Source: a virus. From it: a DNA stretch of 64,000 nucleotides. A program made the position numbers and the translations under genes. The notes below the pieces were generated by a model. It was given only the letters and a program-made list of their open reading frames with translations, made no database searches and was not told where the DNA came from. This document shows, piece by piece, positions 57,394 through 64,000 of this stretch. How positions within the stretch are numbered: position 1 is the first letter of the stretch; every line of letters starts with the position of its first letter. The DNA lies in the IMG/VR virus record IMGVR_UViG_3300028423_000356, positions 71,503 to 135,502 of that record. One strand, written 5' to 3'.

Positions 57394-57609
57394 TTAAACT
57401 AAAATATTAACTTTTTTTAAATTTCTTTCCGCCATCTTTAAAGCGGTTTCAATTGCTAAAACATCACTTTTAAAACTAATATTTTGCCCGGTATGGTCAC
57501 TAACATTATAACAATTTTTATTTTTTGTTAGTAAAACGCTCGCATATATGAGTCCATTTTCTTCGTTTATTACATTGTAACCGCTTGCGTTCTTCTTAAT
57601 TTTTAACAT
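57394..57609 (-). CDS. small early protein
   Basis: ggggag RBS. Confidence 0.6.
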   Translation of the reverse strand: MLKIKKNASGYNVINEENGLIYASVLLTKNKNCYNVSDHTGQNISFKSDVLAIETALKMAERNLKKVNILV

Positions 57610-57612
57610 TGT

Positions 57613-57786
57613 TCACTCCCCTAAATTGTTTTCTTCTATTATTTCTTTTAAATCTTCTATTGCTTCCGCTTCCGTTTCGCCGTATCCATAATATTCCGAA
57701 TTTTCTACGTAATCATCTAGATAGGCTACCCAATCGAGTGACCTTGTTGGAATTGGTGGCATTTGGTTAATTGTTATGATTTTCAT
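57613..57786 (-). CDS. small early protein, HicB-like motif
   Basis: gggag RBS before 57786; DWVAY..GYGETEAEAIEDL. Confidence 0.6.
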   Translation of the reverse strand: MKIITINQMPPIPTRSLDWVAYLDDYVENSEYYGYGETEAEAIEDLKEIIEENNLGE

Positions 57787-57838
57787 TTTGTAACTCCCTA
57801 TTTGTTTAGTTGAAAAGTGGGGGGGGTAACCCCCCGTA

Positions 57839-58105
57839 TTAAAATGCTTGAAACCCGTTAACTTCTTCCCTTTTCTTGACTTTTGTTTTAAGATATTCCG
57901 CAAGTTTTGGAAATGTTTCCCCATATCCATTATGGTCATTATATAAGTTTTCGAGGCTTTCCCTACTTTCTGAAATGAAAGTTACCATCTGAAAACCGTG
58001 TTCAATTGCAGCAGATGCAATTTCGCTATTATGTATTTTTGCAAATTCTTCGATTGCTTCTAGTGGCATTTCGTTGTCGATGTGTAGTTTAATTTGATAA
58101 GTCAT
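57839..58105 (-). CDS. small early protein
   Basis: aaggag RBS; promoter 58139..58166. Confidence 0.6.
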   Translation of the reverse strand: MTYQIKLHIDNEMPLEAIEEFAKIHNSEIASAAIEHGFQMVTFISESRESLENLYNDHNGYGETFPKLAEYLKTKVKKREEVNGFQAF

Positions 58106-58298
58106 TTTGCTCTCCTTTTTCTTATCTCTATACTATTAATATAAGCTTTTATTTTACCCTTTTCAAGCCCTAAAATCAATTTTTTCAAAAAAAATATTTC
58201 TTTTTTTCAATGCTTCATATATAGCGAAGTCACTCGCATCATTGTCAATTAATTCTTTTAAATTAAGATTTAATTGCCTTAATTTGTCATGTTGATTT

Positions 58299-58502
58299 TT
58301 ATCCATTAAATAACTCATTCAAATCCCTTTCCCAATCTATCATTATTTTTTTATTTTCGTGTATTTCTTTCACTTGAATATATTCCCTTAATAATTCGGG
58401 AGTCTCTCTCCATCTTTTCCAGGCAATTTTGATTGCTTCCATTCTGTCAAAAGTGAAATCCCACTCGCCTGCATAATCATATATTATAAATCTCATTTCC
58501 AT
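58299..58502 (-). CDS. small early protein
   Basis: gggag RBS. Confidence 0.55.
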   Translation of the reverse strand: MEMRFIIYDYAGEWDFTFDRMEAIKIAWKRWRETPELLREYIQVKEIHENKKIMIDWERDLNELFNG

Positions 58503-58560
58503 ACTCCCTAATATTTTTAAAATGTTTCCTTGAATTATACGGGGGATTTTCCCCGCTTTT

Positions 58561-58761
58561 TTAGATTGTGCCCGCTATACTTTTATTATAGAATATTTCG
58601 TTGCGGATGTCTTGGGATGTTCTTCCATCGCTTAATGTTTGGATGTTTACCCCGTTGCTATCTTTTAGCGTAATACCGTAACCAGGATTCTGACCACTTT
58701 CAATTTTGAAATAGTTGCCAACTTCGATTTTTTCGCCTGTGTTTAATGTGAATGTTTTCAT
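58561..58761 (-). CDS. small early protein
   Basis: gggag RBS; promoter 58797..58824. Confidence 0.6.
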   Translation of the reverse strand: MKTFTLNTGEKIEVGNYFKIESGQNPGYGITLKDSNGVNIQTLSDGRTSQDIRNEIFYNKSIAGTI

Positions 58762-58847
58762 TTTTGTAACTCCCTTTTTTGTTTCCTATAATAATAATAT
58801 AGCGTTAAGTCGGGGGTATTTCAACCCCCTAAACTCATTTTTTTTAA

Positions 58848-59084
58848 TTAAATTTTTAACGCTATTACTGAGTCGACTCTAAATGATCTCCATCCGTTCG
58901 CTTCGGTGTCAAAACATTTGACGACATCCTCACTAATATCTGTTTTTCCCGTTCCCTTAATTTCTGGCAATAATTCATCGATTAAGGTTGCTTTCATAAT
59001 TCTATGATCCCCGTTCTTCTTTGTGAATTCTACGGTTGCTATATTTTTCTTTAAAACTTCTTTTATTTCATTATAATCAAACAT
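58848..59084 (-). CDS. WYL_2/DUF2693-like SH3 beta-barrel protein
   Basis: VEFTKKNG..R.MKATL..FDTEANGWRSFR. Confidence 0.75.
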   Translation of the reverse strand: MFDYNEIKEVLKKNIATVEFTKKNGDHRIMKATLIDELLPEIKGTGKTDISEDVVKCFDTEANGWRSFRVDSVIALKI

Positions 59085-59154
59085 ATTTTTCCCTCCTATT
59101 AATATAATTGTTTGTTTCTTTCTTGGTAGATTTTAAGGGGGTTTTCCCCCTTAA

Positions 59155-59295
59155 TTATTCTTTTACAATTTCCACATTTGGATCGTTGAATGCTAAGCGG
59201 TATTCATCTGCCAAATAAATAGCATCTAAATGCTTTTCAATGCCTGCCTCAATTGTTTCGTTGTTCCAAATTAGTTTAAATGTTTCTTTTTTCAT
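59155..59295 (-). CDS. 46 aa early protein
   Basis: ggaggt RBS; MKKETFKLIWNNETIE..; promoter 59343..59370. Confidence 0.55.
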   Translation of the reverse strand: MKKETFKLIWNNETIEAGIEKHLDAIYLADEYRLAFNDPNVEIVKE

Positions 59296-59399
59296 AGCGT
59301 CACCTCCGTTTTTGTTGCTATATTTTGTTCCCTATAATATATAATTAGGCTTTTATTTTTGTTTTGTCAAGTGTTTTAAAGATTTTCTTTTTATTTTTT

Positions 59400-59415
59400 T
59401 GTTTCACGTGAAACA
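59400..59415. promoter_or_regulatory. parS: parS centromere-like site (ParB binding)
   Basis: TGTTTCACGTGAAACA, exact match to the bacterial chromosomal parS palindrome, intergenic. Confidence 0.8.
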
Positions 59416-59481
59416 TAAATTTAAAGTCACCTTAAAAAGAAAGGGGGCGAAAGCCCCCTACACATTAAAGGGGAAAAAATT

Positions 59482-59697
59482 ATGATAAATGTGAGATATA
59501 ATAAAGAAGGTAAGAAAATATTTGAGTTATATGACTCTATGAGTGGTCGAATCTTATGTGAGTGTTTGTCAACATTATACTCATACGAAATTATTACGGG
59601 TATGGGTGAATCCTATTCGACAAATGATCTTGATGATGCAAAATGGAATGCCTGGGCATTGGCGGAAAAAAGTTTTGTAAAACACTTGACAATGTAA
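59482..59697 (+). CDS. small early protein
   Basis: agggga RBS; 3' end runs into the promoter repeat. Confidence 0.55.
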   Translation: MINVRYNKEGKKIFELYDSMSGRILCECLSTLYSYEIITGMGESYSTNDLDDAKWNAWALAEKSFVKHLTM

Positions 59698-59752
59698 GAA
59701 TTACATACTACATATATTATATACACTTAAAAAGGGAGAAAAATTATGGAAA
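59665..59752 (+). repeat. promoter-RBS-ATG cassette, copy 1 (about 88 bp)
   Basis: Near-identical to 60193..60281; CTTGAC-N17-CTACAT, gggag, ATGGAAAA. Confidence 0.9.
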
Positions 59753-59925
59753 ACTTTAAAATTATAATAAAGCGCGAAATTTCTTACATTCCGGTTAAAT
59801 CATTTGATTGGATTGCTTATATTGACGGGATGGAAGAAGATGGGCGCTTATACGGATTTGGTGAAACAAAAGAAGACGCCCTCCAAGAATTAAAAGATAT
59901 TTTAGAATATGAAGAAATAATCTAA
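59745..59925 (+). pseudogene. frameshifted paralog of 57613..57786
   Basis: ATG frame stops early; +1 frame reads IPVKSFDWIAY..GFGETKEDALQELKDI. Confidence 0.55.
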
Positions 59926-60192
59926 AACCATCCAAAACACCAAACACGAAAGGGGGCAAGTCCCCCTTTCCCTTTGAAATGTGTGATATTTTTATCACAC
60001 ATAGAACACCAACATTCATAAAAAATGTGTGATATTTTTATGTTTTCTTTTAATATATTGCCATCATCTAAAAAAGTTATGCATAATGCTTGGTTATTAG
60101 CAGAAGAAGTGATATCCAAAACCTCAATATCAGCGTGTGGAATTAGAAGATAAACAGTCAACATCTAACAAAAACAAAATTCTTAAATATTA

Positions 60193-60281
60193 GAAAAAAG
60201 TTTTACAAAACACTTGACAATGTAAGAATTACATACTACATATATTATATACACTTAAAAAGGGAGAAAAATTATGGAAAA
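60193..60281 (+). repeat. promoter-RBS-ATG cassette, copy 2
   Basis: Supplies promoter and first codons of hsdM. Confidence 0.9.
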
Positions 60282-62310
60282 ACAAAATATTTTAATTCAT
60301 GCAGAACAGATTTGGAAACTTGCAGATACACTACGCTCAGTAGGGATTGTTGATGGAGATGTTCCTAAATCTATGATGCCCTTTTTTGTATTAATGATGG
60401 TTGATAGCCGAATAATAAGAGAAGTAAACAAAAAACGTGAAAGTCTTGAAAGTAAAGGATATAGTAAAGAAGATATTATTGAAGAACTTGAAGAAGACAT
60501 GGATTATTATAACACCTCTATTATTAAAGAATGTATTAATATTAAAAATATTGTAGAAAATGATACAAACTTTTATCAAAACATTGATGCTTATATCCGA
60601 TCTTTTGATCCAGAAACACGTAAATTACTTGGATATTCAGATGATGAAAATGAATTAGAGTATCTTAATTTGAAGAATGAAATGCAAAAACTTAAAACAA
60701 AAAATATTTTATATTCAATAATAAAGAAATGGTCTGAAATTCCTTTTGAAAAATATGACAATAGTGAAGTTACAACTCTTGAAGAAAATATCAAAAGACG
60801 TTGGGCTGATATATCAGCAGGACAGCACTATACTCCTGCGGATATTATAGATCTTATTCAAAAAATTTGTTTACGTCAATTATCAAATCGTAAAAATTTT
60901 ACTGCTGATACTATTAGTTTCTATGACCCTACTTGTGGGGGTGGAAACATGCTTTTTGGATGTGAAGATAGAACTCGCACAGATTTTCCACATTTAAAAA
61001 TTAAAACAAGAGGACAAGAATTTAGTGATCCACTTTATGCTTTAGCAAAAATTGAAGGTCGTGTAAGAGTTAATTCAGTTATTAAATACGGAAACACTTT
61101 AACAACTGATATGTTTGAAGGTGAGTATTTTGATTTTATAGTTGCTAATCCACCTTATGGTTATTCTTGGAAAGATTACGCAAATGAAGTTCGTGAACGT
61201 GGCGAAAATACAGGTGATTTACTATCCAAATACCCTTCAGAGTCTGATGGTCAATTACTCTTTATGCAACACATTGTCGCAAAAATGAAAGACGATGGTT
61301 TTGCTGTTGTAGTTACAAATGGTTCTCCTTTGTTTGCTGAGGCTGCTGAAAGTGGTGAAAGTGAAGTTAGAAAATGGTTATTAGAAAATAATTATTTAGA
61401 AGCGTTAATTCGACTTCCTAATAATGAATTTTATAACACTGGTATTACAACATATTTATGGATTTTAAACAAAAAATCAGACAAAAATAAACTTAGGTTG
61501 ATCGATGCTTCAAGTGAAATGTTTTTCACAAAAATGACTAAAAGCAAAGGTTATAAAAGAGTTGAAATTAACTCAACACAACAAGATATGATTTGTGATT
61601 TATTGTTTAATGATATTGCTGATATTAATCAAGATTTTGTTAAAGAGTTTGATAAAGATTTCTTTTTCTATAATGATCAAAAAATAGAATTAATTGATTG
61701 TGATGTTAATGGAAATGTTTTTGACTCAAAAACAAAAAATGGCAAATTAAAATTAGATGTTGAAAATATAATATTACCCAAAGGCGAAGCACTATCAGCA
61801 GAAGATGAAGCATTAACAGACCTTAAAGAAAAAGCGAAAGCGTTAAATGCGCTATACACAGCAAACAATGAAAAAATCATTGTTAAAGCAAAAGACGGTG
61901 AATATTCATTTAATGATGAGCGTCAAACGATTGTTAAAACTGTTGATGGTGTGTCAACCGATTTAGGTTGTGGTGTAATTAAAGTTAAAGCGGCATATAA
62001 GAAGGCTACTGTGAAAGCTGATGAATATATTTTGACAACTGTTGAATTAACCACAAAGACCGAAAAAGATAATGAAATTATTGAGTATTCTTCTGATCCT
62101 GCTCAAAATGAAGAATTAATAAAATCGTTCTTGGATAAGTGGGTAGAGCGTGATTACGTTATGTTAGATAACAAAGTGGGCGTAGAAATTAACTTTAATA
62201 AGATTTTCTATAAGCCAGAAGTATTGCGTCCAATTGATGATATCAAAGCAGATTTGGAAGCATCTAATGCAATATTAGTTGGATTAATGGGAGATATTTT
62301 CAATGACTAA
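60274..62310 (+). CDS. hsdM: type I R-M methyltransferase subunit
   Basis: IWKLADTLR, GQHYTP, YDPTCGGGNML, ANPPYG, FYNTGI.TY.W, GVEINFNKIFY. Confidence 0.93.
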   Translation: MEKQNILIHAEQIWKLADTLRSVGIVDGDVPKSMMPFFVLMMVDSRIIREVNKKRESLESKGYSKEDIIEELEEDMDYYNTSIIKECINIKNIVENDTNFYQNIDAYIRSFDPETRKLLGYSDDENELEYLNLKNEMQKLKTKNILYSIIKKWSEIPFEKYDNSEVTTLEENIKRRWADISAGQHYTPADIIDLIQKICLRQLSNRKNFTADTISFYDPTCGGGNMLFGCEDRTRTDFPHLKIKTRGQEFSDPLYALAKIEGRVRVNSVIKYGNTLTTDMFEGEYFDFIVANPPYGYSWKDYANEVRERGENTGDLLSKYPSESDGQLLFMQHIVAKMKDDGFAVVVTNGSPLFAEAAESGESEVRKWLLENNYLEALIRLPNNEFYNTGITTYLWILNKKSDKNKLRLIDASSEMFFTKMTKSKGYKRVEINSTQQDMICDLLFNDIADINQDFVKEFDKDFFFYNDQKIELIDCDVNGNVFDSKTKNGKLKLDVENIILPKGEALSAEDEALTDLKEKAKALNALYTANNEKIIVKAKDGEYSFNDERQTIVKTVDGVSTDLGCGVIKVKAAYKKATVKADEYILTTVELTTKTEKDNEIIEYSSDPAQNEELIKSFLDKWVERDYVMLDNKVGVEINFNKIFYKPEVLRPIDDIKADLEASNAILVGLMGDIFND

Positions 62311-63565
62311 ACGTTATGATGAATATAAAGATAGTGGTATTGAATGGCTTGGTGAGATTCCAAGTCATTGGAATGAAAGTCTTTTTAGAAGAAAAGCATT
62401 GAAAATAACAGATGGTTCTCATCATTCCCCCAAAACGATTGATGAAGGAAAGAATTATGTTTCTGTAAAAGATGTGCTTGAAAATGGAGAAATCAACATA
62501 ATTGATTCAAAAAAAATAAGTAATGAAGATTTTATTGAACTTGAAAAAAATGGATGCAGACCTAAATTAAATGATGTCTTAATAACAAAAGACGGAACAA
62601 TAGGAAGATCGGCAATTGTTAAAGATGATGATTTTGTTATATTGTCATCATTGGGTTTAATTAGGATGGGGTCTAAATTTGATTCAAGATACATAAGATA
62701 TACAACAATATCTAATCATATATTAAATATAATTTATTCAAGTCTTGCAGGAAGTGCTTTAAAGAGGATAACAATTGAAAAAATAAAAAATCTACCTATT
62801 CTTATACCAGAAATTAAAGAACAACAAGCCATCGCAGACTATTTAGATAACAAAACCTCCAAAATAGACAGCGCAGTAGCCGAACTTGAAAAACATAAAT
62901 CTTTACTTATCGAATTAAAGAAATCAACCATTCATCAAGCGGTCACAAAAGGCTTAGATCTTACTTTACCTATGGTTGCTAAAAATAATAGATTAAAAGA
63001 TAGTGTGTATGTTATTTCCTCTGGTTTAAATGAATTTAATGGCGTTAAAAATTATTTATCTACAAAATCAATTGGAGAACAAGGGATTAAACAAATTGAA
63101 GCGGAAGTTTCTTTTGAAAAAAGACCTTCAAGAGCAAATATGCAACCACAAATGAATAGTTTATGGACAGCATACATGCAAGGTTCTAAAAAATTCCTTT
63201 TTGTTGATGATTTTGATATTTGTAAAAATTATATCATATCAACAGGTATGTTTGGATTTAAAGTTAAAAATGGAAATAATCCAGAGTATTTTTCATATTT
63301 ATTACAGAGTAATGTTATTGAGAGTCAAAAAAATAGAAGGGCAAAAGGAACAACCCAAATTTCAGTAAATGATTCTGATTTCAAAAATATGATAGTTAAT
63401 TTACCAGATAAAAATGAACAAGATAAAATTGTTCTCTATCTCAATAAGAAAACAGAACAAATATACAAATCAATTAAGATTATTGATGAGCAAGTAAATA
63501 AGATGAAAGAATACAAAAAAACATTAATCAATGATGTCGTAACAGGAAAAATTAAAGTAGTATAA
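62303..63565 (+). CDS. hsdS: type I R-M specificity subunit
   Basis: YKDSGIEWLGEIPSHW, two TRDs, EQQAIADYLD, AVTKGL, LINDVVTGKIKV. Confidence 0.93.
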   Translation: MTKRYDEYKDSGIEWLGEIPSHWNESLFRRKALKITDGSHHSPKTIDEGKNYVSVKDVLENGEINIIDSKKISNEDFIELEKNGCRPKLNDVLITKDGTIGRSAIVKDDDFVILSSLGLIRMGSKFDSRYIRYTTISNHILNIIYSSLAGSALKRITIEKIKNLPILIPEIKEQQAIADYLDNKTSKIDSAVAELEKHKSLLIELKKSTIHQAVTKGLDLTLPMVAKNNRLKDSVYVISSGLNEFNGVKNYLSTKSIGEQGIKQIEAEVSFEKRPSRANMQPQMNSLWTAYMQGSKKFLFVDDFDICKNYIISTGMFGFKVKNGNNPEYFSYLLQSNVIESQKNRRAKGTTQISVNDSDFKNMIVNLPDKNEQDKIVLYLNKKTEQIYKSIKIIDEQVNKMKEYKKTLINDVVTGKIKVV

Positions 63566-63579
63566 AATTAAGGATAAGT

Positions 63580-63828
63580 ATGAGCTTAACAAATGAATTA
63601 AAAATAGAAAAAAACTCTATTTTGAAATTCTTTACTACTGACTTAGGTGGATTGGGATACGAAAAACGAACACAACATCAAGCTTCAAAAGATCTATTTA
63701 TTAAATCTGACGTAATGAAGCAATTAAAGTCAACGGTAAATATACATAATTTCAAAAAGGTTTTAAAGAAACATTTTAATGGTAATGAAGATGATTTTTA
63801 TGAAAATACACTTGACAATGAAGAATGA
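63580..63828 (+). pseudogene. hsdR: truncated hsdR N-terminus
   Basis: Position after hsdS; GLGY..LFIKSDV HsdR_N-like start; only 82 aa, ending inside a phage promoter. Confidence 0.55.
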
Positions 63829-63839
63829 ATATACTATAT
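63812..63839 (+). promoter_or_regulatory. sigma70-type promoter
   Basis: TTGAC-N17-CTATAT; shares acacttgacaatg with the cassette repeats. Confidence 0.75.
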
Positions 63840-63862
63840 TATATAATAGAAGATGTAATAAT

Positions 63863-63899
63863 GGTTCAACCTCAACCTTATAGGTTCAACCTCAACCTT
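63863..63899. repeat. 17-bp direct repeat, 20-bp period
   Basis: ggttcaacctcaacctt at 63863 and 63883. Confidence 0.8.
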
Positions 63900-63944
63900 G
63901 AGAGTTAAAAATAGAAATAAATAATATTATTAAAGGAGAATGTC

Positions 63945-64000
63945 ATGAATATAGGTGGTGTAAGTGCAGGAATGGGTCCGGTGAACACAGAAACAGTTGC
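63945..64000 (+). CDS. ORF start, 3' partial
   Basis: aaggag RBS; MNIGGVSAGMGPVNTETV. Confidence 0.5.
   Translation, partial: MNIGGVSAGMGPVNTETV

Noticed and set aside
60040-60153. 37-aa ORF sharing NAW.LAE with the 59482 protein
   Set aside because: No RBS and the match is too short to support homology
56681-60281. CRISPR array or integron attC array
   Set aside because: Repeats are promoters and G5/C5 hairpins at irregular spacing; no cas gene or integrase in the window

Overview
AT-rich segment of a T4-like myophage genome. In order it carries Ig/PKD-domain virion genes, the head module (gp21, gp22, gp23), gp3, the replication/recombination core (uvsY, uvsW, gp55, gp47, gp46, gp45, gp44, gp62, regA, gp43, uvsX, gp41), 14 tRNAs, a circularly permuted tmRNA, four DNA methyltransferases, an Rz/Rz1-like spanin pair and a class II-type ribonucleotide reductase. 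From about 56.5 kb there is a divergent array of small early genes, each with its own promoter. An alphaproteobacterial host is inferred from the two-piece tmRNA, TTGAC-N17-CTATAT promoters and a ROSE-like hsp20 leader. Best candidates for new biology: (1) a late-promoter cluster at 39.2-43.3 kb with an exported ClpP/crotonase-fold protein, an ExbB/MotA plus Asp-bearing partner with a YfaP-like domain, an SbmA/BacA transporter and ClpP, next to the tmRNA; (2) a perfect chromosomal parS site at the divergence point of the early region; (3) a type I hsdMS pair behind a duplicated phage promoter cassette, with hsdR broken at the next promoter; (4) an RNA-ligase-like gene beside a probably virion-packaged nucleotidyltransferase. 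The major capsid gene is frameshifted and lacks a conserved block, possibly an assembly error. All protein calls come from motif recognition by eye, not database searches.
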